Source: an uncultured Pelagibacteraceae bacterium
Lineage (GTDB): Bacteria; Pseudomonadota; Alphaproteobacteria; Pelagibacterales; Pelagibacteraceae
NCBI GenBank assembly: GCA_902566705.1
Contig: CACFJT010000005.1
Coordinates: 529 to 64,528 of the forward strand
DNA length: 64,000 nucleotides
Direction: 5' to 3'
Every line of letters begins with the position of its first letter. The stretch's first letter is position 1. Positions 18,326 to 26,326 of this stretch are shown here, piece after piece. Made by a program: the position numbers and the translations under genes. The notes under the pieces were generated by a model. The model was not told the DNA's origin. It saw nothing but the letters and a program-made list of their open reading frames with translations, and made no database searches.

Positions 18326-20074
18326 ATGGTAAATTTAGACAATATACACTTCAAATTTTTTCCAAAAGCTAAAACAGCACCATGGGGTAAAAAATTAATA
18401 ATTATGGCATGGGCAATTGAAATTATGGTTGCATCAGTAAGTTTTATGATTGCAATGTTGTTCTTTTTAAGCAAGGGTCAAAGTGATCTAAAATTAGCAG
18501 AAGCTGCTAATGATCTAGATATTAATAGTATAATTGTTGGCTTATCATTTCTTGTTGTTACTTTAATTGAATTAACAAAAATACCATTAGCATCAGTATT
18601 TTATTACGCAGGAAGATTAGTATGGAAAATAGTCTTTTTCCTAGCCTTGGTTGCTGTAACTTTTATAACTTTTGAAACAATATTACAAGGATTTGAGCTT
18701 GCTTATAATCAAAGATCTCAAATAGTTGAAGATCAAAGAAAAAAAATTGAAGATACAAAAGAGAAAATAAAAAATATAAATTTAAAATCTGATTTAACTC
18801 AAATAAATTTAGACATAGAAGATGTGCGGAGTGATATTAAAATTAAAAATCAAGAAAAATCTAAGATAGAACAACAAAGAATTGATGACATTACTTTACT
18901 TAATAGTCAGGTAGATATGTCAGACCCAAATATTGAAAGATTAAATAAAACTATAAAAAGAGAAAATAATAAATTAAATGGTTTAATTCAACAACGAAAT
19001 AGAATTCAAGAACAAATCGACAAATTTAATGTCAAAGGAGATGTTTTTGGAGGTAAAAGAAAAAAATTAAGAGAAGACAAAGATAAAATTAGTAACGACA
19101 TTCTTGATAAAGAAAAATTAATTCAAAAATATGAGAATGACTTAGCTAAAGCTTCTGCAGTTAGTGGTGGAAAAAATACTAAGGAAATTGAGCGTATTAA
19201 TAAAAAAGCAGATTTAAGAATAGCTCAAATTAATGAAGAAATAAGAAATATTGAAAAAAATCAATTAGATCCTCTTTTAAAGACAAAAGCAGATGTTATA
19301 CAAAATTCCAAAGATCAAAAAACAACTTACGATGATTTAAATGATGAACTTGTTAAGCAAAAAAAAGAGTTAAAAGAAAAGGCAAGAGAAAATCAAATAT
19401 ACAGAATAGCTATTAAAATTAAAGTTGCAGGTGAGTTTATATCTGGAGGAAATTTAGAAAAACAAATTGAAGATATTACAAAGGAAATTGATGAATTAAA
19501 CACATTAGTTATAGAAAATCCAGATAACGAAATATTAAAAATTAAACTTGAAAACAAAATAGCAAAAAGCAATCAACTTAAAAACAAATTCACTGAAAGT
19601 CTTGATAATGAAATAGATGAAACTGACCTTTCTCAAAAAGATGTTGATAAAGCTTTTTGGCTGTGGTTTGGAAGTATGGCATTCATAATATCTATTATTG
19701 GCTCATTGGTAGCATTAGCGGGATTTCATTTACAAGATGAGAGAATGCATGAGATAAGAAACAGGCCAATTAAAGAAAGATTTGGACGATTCTTTAGAAA
19801 TATTGCTTGGATTCCGGTTTATATAAATAAATATATATGGGCTGGAGTAAAAAGACTTACTAAACCCAAAATTGTAGAAAAAGAGGTTATAGTTGAAAAA
19901 GAAGTTGAAAAAATAGTTGAAAAAAATGTTGGAGAAAAAATAGTTTATGAAAAGGTTGAAGTTCCAAAGGAAGTTATAAGAAAAGAATTAGTTTATGTTC
20001 CTCTTCCTACTGATGATGAGGAGCTTATAAAAAAAGGGCCTATTAAAGCTACAGACTACGATAAGAAGAAATAA
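18326..20074 (+). CDS. Membrane protein: 3 TM + long coiled coil + TM + V/E/K-rich tail
   Basis: Hydrophobic N-terminal helices, roughly 320 aa K/E/Q/N-rich helical region, TM FWLWFGSMAFIISIIG, tail KIVEKEVIVEKEVEKIVEK. Confidence 0.8.
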   Translation: MVNLDNIHFKFFPKAKTAPWGKKLIIMAWAIEIMVASVSFMIAMLFFLSKGQSDLKLAEAANDLDINSIIVGLSFLVVTLIELTKIPLASVFYYAGRLVWKIVFFLALVAVTFITFETILQGFELAYNQRSQIVEDQRKKIEDTKEKIKNINLKSDLTQINLDIEDVRSDIKIKNQEKSKIEQQRIDDITLLNSQVDMSDPNIERLNKTIKRENNKLNGLIQQRNRIQEQIDKFNVKGDVFGGKRKKLREDKDKISNDILDKEKLIQKYENDLAKASAVSGGKNTKEIERINKKADLRIAQINEEIRNIEKNQLDPLLKTKADVIQNSKDQKTTYDDLNDELVKQKKELKEKARENQIYRIAIKIKVAGEFISGGNLEKQIEDITKEIDELNTLVIENPDNEILKIKLENKIAKSNQLKNKFTESLDNEIDETDLSQKDVDKAFWLWFGSMAFIISIIGSLVALAGFHLQDERMHEIRNRPIKERFGRFFRNIAWIPVYINKYIWAGVKRLTKPKIVEKEVIVEKEVEKIVEKNVGEKIVYEKVEVPKEVIRKELVYVPLPTDDEELIKKGPIKATDYDKKK

Positions 20075-20847
20075 TGTCAGATGATAAAATTCAATATGAT
20101 GTCCATGATTATAGTCCTGTAAATAAATATATTGAAGATCAGGCACGTTTAAAAAGATCAGCAAGCACTTGGCGATATGCAAAAGCGACTGCTTTAATAT
20201 TAGTAGCAGCTGGTATTCTAGCTGTATTACTAGCTTGGGCCTATTATCTTTATAAAAAACCACATCGACTGGTATCTTTAAGTGATATTGAGCAAAAAGT
20301 TATTAGCAATGAGGATAGAATTATAAATGCAGAGCGAAAACTTCCAAAAGATGAAGAAGTGAACACCTCAACTACAAGCAATATCCTTCAAGGCAAAATT
20401 AATGAAAAGGATTTGGAAATAGCTAAATTAAAAGAAGAACTAGAAAATGTTAATAAGGACGATTTAGAATTAAAAGAAAAACTAGAAGAAGAAAAGAAAC
20501 AAATTGAACGTGAAAAATTAGATTTACAAAAACAATTGTTAGAGAAGAGAGAGGTTAAAACCAATGTAATTCATTTTCAATCTGTAGAAAGTAAATTAAA
20601 CGGAACAAGAGTCTCTGTCACTACTAGATTACATTATGATGATCCATCGAATTTAAGTCCAAATAAAACAGATGGATCCGATCCAGTTAATTGCTATGTA
20701 AGATTTCCAGATAGAGATGATTTAAGTGTAGTAGAACTTGGTGACAGAAATAAAACACCATATGTTAGTGGATACCATTTAAAAACACTTAATGTGTCAG
20801 AAAATGATTTTATAAACTTAAAAAATAGTAAGTGCCAATTTAATTAA
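20074..20847 (+). CDS. Single-TM coiled-coil protein of unknown function
   Basis: TM ALILVAAGILAVLLAWAYYL, E/K-rich coiled coil, C-terminal globular part with two Cys; TAATG coupling to the upstream gene. Confidence 0.75.
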   Translation: MSDDKIQYDVHDYSPVNKYIEDQARLKRSASTWRYAKATALILVAAGILAVLLAWAYYLYKKPHRLVSLSDIEQKVISNEDRIINAERKLPKDEEVNTSTTSNILQGKINEKDLEIAKLKEELENVNKDDLELKEKLEEEKKQIEREKLDLQKQLLEKREVKTNVIHFQSVESKLNGTRVSVTTRLHYDDPSNLSPNKTDGSDPVNCYVRFPDRDDLSVVELGDRNKTPYVSGYHLKTLNVSENDFINLKNSKCQFN

Positions 20848-20850
20848 ACA

Positions 20851-21432
20851 ATGAAGAAAGTTTTATTATTTTTAATTTTAATATTTAGTTTTAAGTCATT
20901 GGTAATGGCTGATGATATTAGGGAATTTGAGATAGAGGGGATAAGTATCGGAGATAGTTTATATGATCATTTTAAAAAAGAACAATTAAATAATGCGCTT
21001 GAAATATATAATTATCCAGGTTCAAATAAATTTATTTATTATTTTTTAAGAAAAAAAAATTATGAAGTTTACGAATATATTCAAGTACACGTTAGTCCTT
21101 CTGATAAAAATTTTATTATAGAGTCTATAGAAGGTCATATAGAGCCAAAAAGTATTTCTGAATGTAACAATAAAATGCAAATTGTAAAAAAAGAATTGGA
21201 AAAAATACTTAATATAAATTCACAAGAAGATACTGGTAGCCACCCAACAGATCCTACAGGAAAAAGCACTTATATAAGAAATATGTTTTATTTCTCCAAT
21301 GGAGACTATGCTGAAGTAATTTGCTATGACATGAGTAATGATTACGAAAATCAAGGAAAGACTGATAGATTTGTTGTATCATTAAGTTCAAAAAAACTAT
21401 TAGAATTTTTAACTTACGAAGCCTACAAATAA
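20851..21432 (+). CDS. Secreted array protein 1
   Basis: Signal peptide + ADDIREFEIEGISIGDSLYD; 2 Cys; ends EAYK; only 3 nt after the upstream stop. Confidence 0.85.
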   Translation: MKKVLLFLILIFSFKSLVMADDIREFEIEGISIGDSLYDHFKKEQLNNALEIYNYPGSNKFIYYFLRKKNYEVYEYIQVHVSPSDKNFIIESIEGHIEPKSISECNNKMQIVKKELEKILNINSQEDTGSHPTDPTGKSTYIRNMFYFSNGDYAEVICYDMSNDYENQGKTDRFVVSLSSKKLLEFLTYEAYK

Positions 21433-21544
21433 GATTGTCCTCACAAGCTAGAAACTAAGACTATGATAAAGTGACTAGTTAATATATATTTAAATTTTTA
21501 GAAAAGCTTGGTGCGTATAGAGTATTTTTAAAAAAAATATATTT

Positions 21545-22129
21545 ATGAGAATATTTTTTATAACTTTATTTTTTATCTTTAATTTGCAATCCTGGACCAA
21601 GGCAGATGATATAAGAGATTTTGAGATTGAAGGCATTAGTATTGGAGATAGTGCTTTGGATTTTTTTTCAAAAAATCAATTAGATGCAAATTCTTATCTT
21701 ATGGGCACAGATGATACTTATATAACAAGTTTTTTTTTTGACACTAAATTTAAAATCTATGATGGCGTTGAGGTTACTTATTTAAAAAGAGATAAAAATT
21801 ATGTAATTCATGCACTTTCAGGAGGTATTTCAGTTCAAAATATAAATGAATGCAAAAAAAAAAATAATGAAATATCCCAAGCGTTAGCAATTTTCTTCTC
21901 CGAGGCAGAAAGTTTAAATGACCAGGGATCCACTCCAGTAGATAAAACAGGAAAGAGTAAATTTTTTAGAACCTCATTCCGAATTAATCCTAAATCAAAA
22001 TATTTTGAAATTGAAACCAGTTGCATATTTTATTATGGCGATGCTGCGAATAAATTTACTAGTAATGCAGGTGTAACAATTAAAACTGATAAAGTTAATG
22101 ATTGGTTACACAATAAAGCTTATAACTAA
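21545..22129 (+). CDS. Secreted array protein 2
   Basis: ADDIRDFEIEGISIGDSALD; 2 Cys; ends KAYN. Confidence 0.85.
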   Translation: MRIFFITLFFIFNLQSWTKADDIRDFEIEGISIGDSALDFFSKNQLDANSYLMGTDDTYITSFFFDTKFKIYDGVEVTYLKRDKNYVIHALSGGISVQNINECKKKNNEISQALAIFFSEAESLNDQGSTPVDKTGKSKFFRTSFRINPKSKYFEIETSCIFYYGDAANKFTSNAGVTIKTDKVNDWLHNKAYN

Positions 22130-22209
22130 TTACTCAAGCTACTCATAGTCTTTAACTTCATTCTATTTATCATTTGAGTTTATAATAATAATTTCAACTA
22201 TCCAAATTA

Positions 22210-22244
22210 TTGACACACATCTGGCTAAGTGAGAAAGTGCCTTT
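22210..22244 (+). promoter_or_regulatory. Cassette promoter-like motif (unit 3)
   Basis: TTGACA-17nt ending TGa-GAAAGT-6nt-ATG. Confidence 0.6.
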
Positions 22245-22844
22245 ATGAAGATCTTTCTGACAATATTGATTTTAATATTAAACCTCCAATGCTGGGCTAA
22301 GGCTGATAATATCAGCGATTTTGAGATAGAAGGTATAAGTGTTGGTGATAGCTTATTAGATCATTTTGAAGAAATAGAAATCTCTGATCTTAAAAAAATG
22401 TATTCAGATAAAGGTGATCTTTATATTTTTAAATCAAAAGAATTTTATTCAATAACTTTTATTAATCAAAAAAAATTTAATAAATATGAGGATCTGCAAA
22501 TTATTTTAAAAGACAATGACAGTAATTTTAAGATTTATGCAATGCAAGGAATAATAAATTATGTTGATAATATTTCTAAATGTATAAAAGAACTTGATAA
22601 TATAGAAACCAACCTTGATAAAATGTTTCAAAATACTGAAAAGAGCCAAAGATATAACCGTAATTTTGAAACCCAAAGAGTTGGAAAATATGAAGTACAC
22701 AGTTTCGGGTATTTTATAGGTAATAACTCTATCCAAGTTTCCTGTGCTGATTATTTTGATAATGAAAAATATAATGTTAATGATGCATTAAGAGTCTCAA
22801 TCAGATCTGAAGAATTTAATGCATTTATCAATAAAAACTATTGA
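22245..22844 (+). CDS. Secreted array protein 3
   Basis: ADNISDFEIEGISVGDSLLD; 2 Cys in the mature part; ends KNY. Confidence 0.85.
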   Translation: MKIFLTILILILNLQCWAKADNISDFEIEGISVGDSLLDHFEEIEISDLKKMYSDKGDLYIFKSKEFYSITFINQKKFNKYEDLQIILKDNDSNFKIYAMQGIINYVDNISKCIKELDNIETNLDKMFQNTEKSQRYNRNFETQRVGKYEVHSFGYFIGNNSIQVSCADYFDNEKYNVNDALRVSIRSEEFNAFINKNY

Positions 22845-22926
22845 TCTATTCTAATGACCATTATGATTACAAGTCTAGTTGTCTGATAATCTTAGCCATT
22901 AGGATAAGTTCAATTTATCTTTAATC

Positions 22927-22962
22927 TTGACACATATAGGGCACAGTGTGAAATTGTAGTTT
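22927..22962 (+). promoter_or_regulatory. Cassette promoter-like motif (unit 4)
   Basis: TTGACA-17nt ending TGt-GAAATT-7nt-ATG. Confidence 0.6.
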
Positions 22963-23538
22963 ATGAGAACATTTTTATTTTTATTCATCCTAATCTTTAG
23001 TTTTCAATCTTTGACTAAAGCTGACGGCATAAAAGAAGTTGTTATAGAGGGAATAAGTATCGATGATAGTTTGTTGGATTACTTTAGTCGAAATGAAATA
23101 CAAGCAGCTTCGAAGAGCACGAAGGATTGGTTTGTAAATAAAAAATATACAGTTTCAATATTTGAAAAAAATTTAGAAACTTATGAAAAATTACAAGTTG
23201 TATTTTTAACTGACGATACTGATTACAAAGTTAAAGCTATATCTGGTTTAATTAATTATCCTGATAACATCGCTGACTGCTATAAAAAATCTGAAAGTGT
23301 ATATTTAGAAATTAAAGAAATATTAACTGATTTAAAGGATATGGGTAAATATGAGTATGATCATAATGATGATCCTGAAAGTAAAATTGTTGATTATGCT
23401 TTATTAAATGAAAATGATGATGAGGTATATATAGCATGTTATGATTATTCAGAAAATTACAACGGAACTGATCATTTGAGAATTGGAGTAAGGCTAATAG
23501 AGTTTGCTAATTTTTTAATTAATGATGCTTATAACTAA
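22963..23538 (+). CDS. Secreted array protein 4
   Basis: ADGIKEVVIEGISIDDSLLD; 2 Cys; ends DAYN. Confidence 0.85.
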   Translation: MRTFLFLFILIFSFQSLTKADGIKEVVIEGISIDDSLLDYFSRNEIQAASKSTKDWFVNKKYTVSIFEKNLETYEKLQVVFLTDDTDYKVKAISGLINYPDNIADCYKKSESVYLEIKEILTDLKDMGKYEYDHNDDPESKIVDYALLNENDDEVYIACYDYSENYNGTDHLRIGVRLIEFANFLINDAYN

Positions 23539-23615
23539 TCAAACATTGCAATAATCCTGTGCTTTATTACCTGATCATTAGAATAAATAATATTAATTTC
23601 AATTTTTAAGAAATC

Positions 23616-23651
23616 TTGACACATATAAAGCATAGTGAAAAAATTCTGGAT
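23616..23651 (+). promoter_or_regulatory. Cassette promoter-like motif (unit 5)
   Basis: TTGACA-17nt ending TGa-AAAAAT-7nt-ATG. Confidence 0.6.
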
Positions 23652-24242
23652 ATGAGAATATTTATTACAATATTAATTTTAATTCTAAATCTTCAATCAT
23701 TAACAAAAGCTGATGAAATAAATGAATTTGAAATAGAGGGAATTAGTATTGGAGATAGTTTATTAGATCATGTTACTGAAAATGATATATTAAATAATTT
23801 ATTAAATTATCCTTATACAAGTGACAAATACTATGCTGTTAATATAGCAAAATCTAAATTTTTGAAATTGTATGACGCTATTGAAATATATCTAAAAAAA
23901 GATGATAAAAAATATATAGTTTTCTCTATTGATGCTGCAAATTTTTATGAAAATAGAGACAAGTGTCTCAATGACATGGATGAAATAACAAATGATATTT
24001 CAAACATTTTTAATACTCAAAAAAATAGCAATAAAGAAAAATTACAATCTAGAGGTGACCCAACAGGTACAAGTTTTTATTATAGAACTGATTGGATAAT
24101 TGGTGACAGAAATTTTGTTGCTATTGAATGTTATTTCTGGTCACAATACATGAAAGATAAATATAACAATGGTGATCATTTAAGAATTAGTGCTACAACT
24201 AAAGAATTAAATAATTGGCTTCAATATGAAGCTTTTAATTAA
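23652..24242 (+). CDS. Secreted array protein 5
   Basis: Start reassigned to ATG 23652 (MRIFITIL); ADEINEFEIEGISIGDSLLD; ends EAFN. Confidence 0.85.
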   Translation: MRIFITILILILNLQSLTKADEINEFEIEGISIGDSLLDHVTENDILNNLLNYPYTSDKYYAVNIAKSKFLKLYDAIEIYLKKDDKKYIVFSIDAANFYENRDKCLNDMDEITNDISNIFNTQKNSNKEKLQSRGDPTGTSFYYRTDWIIGDRNFVAIECYFWSQYMKDKYNNGDHLRISATTKELNNWLQYEAFN

Positions 24243-24321
24243 TTAAGAATTTTAATCATAATTTTTGTCTATTGGTTTACTAATTTGAATTACAAAACAT
24301 TATTTTAAATACTATGAAATC

Positions 24322-24357
24322 TTGACATAAATAGTTTACAATGAAAAGGTCTTTCAT
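24322..24357 (+). promoter_or_regulatory. Cassette promoter-like motif (unit 6)
   Basis: TTGACA-17nt ending TGa-AAAGGT-7nt-ATG. Confidence 0.6.
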
Positions 24358-24951
24358 ATGAAGATATTCTTGTTAGTTCTAATATTCATCTTTAGCTATC
24401 AATCATGGACCAATGCAGATGATATTAAAGATTTTGAAATAGAAGGTATTAGTATTGGGGATAATTTGTTAGATCACTTGATGATTTTAAATAAAACCAA
24501 AGAAGAAGTAAAAAGTAGAGAATTAACATATTATCCAAAAAGTAAGAGATTAGCGATCTCAAATTTTTATGATGGTAATTTTGAAATATATGAGTCAGTT
24601 CAATTTACATTAGATCCCAAAACATTTAAAATTTATAGAATTAGTGGCAAAATATATGACTTAACTAAAAAAAAGTGTGTTAGTTTACAAAAAGAAATTA
24701 TTGATGAATTAGAGAAGCAATTTCCACAAGCAGTAAAAGATATTGATGACTTTACAGTTTTTGAAATTGATCCTTCAGGTGAAAGTGTTGCTAATGGAAT
24801 TTATTTAGATTTTCAATCTGGAGACGCTGTTTCTGTAGAATGTTATATGTGGGGTGAAACATTTAAAAAAGAAAAAAATTACCCTGATCACATTAGCGTT
24901 AGTATTGAGTCGAAGGAGAGCAGGGATTTTATACAGAATGAAGCTTATTAA
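24358..24951 (+). CDS. Secreted array protein 6
   Basis: ADDIKDFEIEGISIGDNLLD; 2 Cys; ends EAY. Confidence 0.85.
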   Translation: MKIFLLVLIFIFSYQSWTNADDIKDFEIEGISIGDNLLDHLMILNKTKEEVKSRELTYYPKSKRLAISNFYDGNFEIYESVQFTLDPKTFKIYRISGKIYDLTKKKCVSLQKEIIDELEKQFPQAVKDIDDFTVFEIDPSGESVANGIYLDFQSGDAVSVECYMWGETFKKEKNYPDHISVSIESKESRDFIQNEAY

Positions 24952-25029
24952 TTGTTAAATTCATAAATAATCTTAAAACATTAGCTAATCCGCTTTGCCT
25001 TCAATAATAATTTATTTTTTTATAAAATC

Positions 25030-25065
25030 TTGACACATATAAAGCATAGTGAAAAAGTTCTAGAT
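25030..25065 (+). promoter_or_regulatory. Cassette promoter-like motif (unit 7)
   Basis: TTGACA-17nt ending TGa-AAAAGT-7nt-ATG. Confidence 0.6.
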
Positions 25066-25656
25066 ATGAGAATATTTATTTCAATATTAATTTTAATTCT
25101 AAATCTTGAATCATTAACAAAAGCTGATGAAATAAGTGAATTTGAAATAGAGGGAATTAGTATTGGAGATAGTGTACTTGATTATTACTCAAAAAATCAA
25201 ATAAATAATTTTTCAAAACAATTTTATCCTAGCAGTGATGATTACCAAGGTGTTGAAATTTCAAAATTTAAAAGCAGCATTGATTTTTCAATTTATGACA
25301 GCATTACACTCAATTGGAAAAAAAATGACAAAAAAATGAAAATTGTTGCTGTAAGTGGAATTAAATTGTTTCCAAATAATTTATCTGAATGTCTAAAAGA
25401 GAGAGATGAAATAGCATTGGAAATAAAAAGTATTTTACAATTCGCAAACGAAGAACGTTATGAAATGAACTATGGTGATTTACATGATAGCATTAGTTAT
25501 GCAATAGATCTAAAAATTAAAACTGGTTCCATAAGAATTTGGTGTACTGATTGGGATGAAAAAACCGAGAAAGAAAACAACTGGCAAGATGATTTAAATG
25601 TTTCACTAGATACAAATGAATTCATATTTTGGTTAGATAATGTGGCCTATGAATAA
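25066..25656 (+). CDS. Secreted array protein 7
   Basis: Start reassigned to ATG 25066; ADEISEFEIEGISIGDSVLD; ends VAYE. Confidence 0.85.
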   Translation: MRIFISILILILNLESLTKADEISEFEIEGISIGDSVLDYYSKNQINNFSKQFYPSSDDYQGVEISKFKSSIDFSIYDSITLNWKKNDKKMKIVAVSGIKLFPNNLSECLKERDEIALEIKSILQFANEERYEMNYGDLHDSISYAIDLKIKTGSIRIWCTDWDEKTEKENNWQDDLNVSLDTNEFIFWLDNVAYE

Positions 25657-25762
25657 TTTTACACAAATCTAGCAATCCTAGGTTTTGTTGTTTAGTCTAA
25701 TGGGTGACAATATTATTTTTATTATACTTTAATATTAATTAATTTAATTTAACTTGAGTGTA

Positions 25763-26326
25763 TTATAATCTAGAAATACAATCTTCCATCCAAGACAAAA
25801 GATGCTCAGCAAAAGATCTTCTTACAAATAAGTTTATAATATTTTCATCTTTGTGGTGAAGAATTATGTCTATATGATTTAAAACCGTCTGAGCTGTTGA
25901 TCCTTTTTTTTTTTTAAATTCATTAAAATTAAATGGACATCCAGCTGATAAAATTTCATAGATATTTTTACCTTTAATTTCCAATTGTACAAATTGATCT
26001 GTTACATTTGTTACAGCACCTAAAGTAGTTTTTGAAATACTATTAAATAACATTTCTTGTAGTTCATATTTGTTGTTGTCTTTGCTTACAAGTTCATTAG
26101 AAACTATCATCCATTCATCTGGACTAAGCCATATAGCCGTTAACTTATCACTTGTTGTTGAGGTATTTGCCTCTATAGGTAAGATCATGTTAAGATTTTT
26201 ACCAACATTTGTAAGAAACTCTCTTTTTTTGCCTCTTAAATTAATTTTCATTACTGGAGAGATTTCTTTAACAGAAACACCTCCTTGATTAATTTCATTT
26301 TTAAAAACTGAATTATAATTAAGCAT
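25763..26326 (-). CDS. soxG: Sarcosine oxidase gamma subunit
   Basis: INLRG, WLSPDEW, VRRSFAEH; last gene of soxBDAG. Confidence 0.9.
   Translation of the reverse strand: MLNYNSVFKNEINQGGVSVKEISPVMKINLRGKKREFLTNVGKNLNMILPIEANTSTTSDKLTAIWLSPDEWMIVSNELVSKDNNKYELQEMLFNSISKTTLGAVTNVTDQFVQLEIKGKNIYEILSAGCPFNFNEFKKKKGSTAQTVLNHIDIILHHKDENIINLFVRRSFAEHLLSWMEDCISRL

Larger units (their letters stand above)
10381..25656. other. Accessory/variable island of exported and membrane proteins between the MATE gene and soxG
   Basis: Run of non-core genes flanked by housekeeping genes; no integrase, transposase or tRNA seen at the borders; boundaries approximate. Confidence 0.7.
20851..25656 (+). repeat. Tandem array of seven ~700-bp paralogous gene cassettes
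   Basis: Start-to-start distances 694, 700, 718, 689, 706, 708 bp; shared N-terminal motif ADxIxxFEIEGISIGDSxxD. Confidence 0.92.

Noticed and set aside
23616-23651. N-terminal extension MTHIKHSEKILD (also 25030-25065) from the ORF track
   Set aside because: The TTG start is the -35 hexamer; paralogs begin at the downstream ATG with a proper signal peptide
20851-25656. Array as a CRISPR or integron cassette array
   Set aside because: Repeats are protein-coding with synonymous variation; no short identical repeats, cas genes, adjacent intI or clear attC (RYYYAAC...GTTRRRY) structure; cassettes have their own promoter-like motifs
20851-25656. Diversity-generating retroelement targets
   Set aside because: No reverse transcriptase in the window; the only near-identical pair is at the 5' end and its five mismatches are not confined to adenines of one copy
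25753-25765. CTTGAGTGTAT after unit 7 as the remnant promoter of an eighth cassette
   Set aside because: Offset from the preceding stop (98 nt) does not match the 76-83 nt seen in other units, and it abuts the soxG stop; too weak
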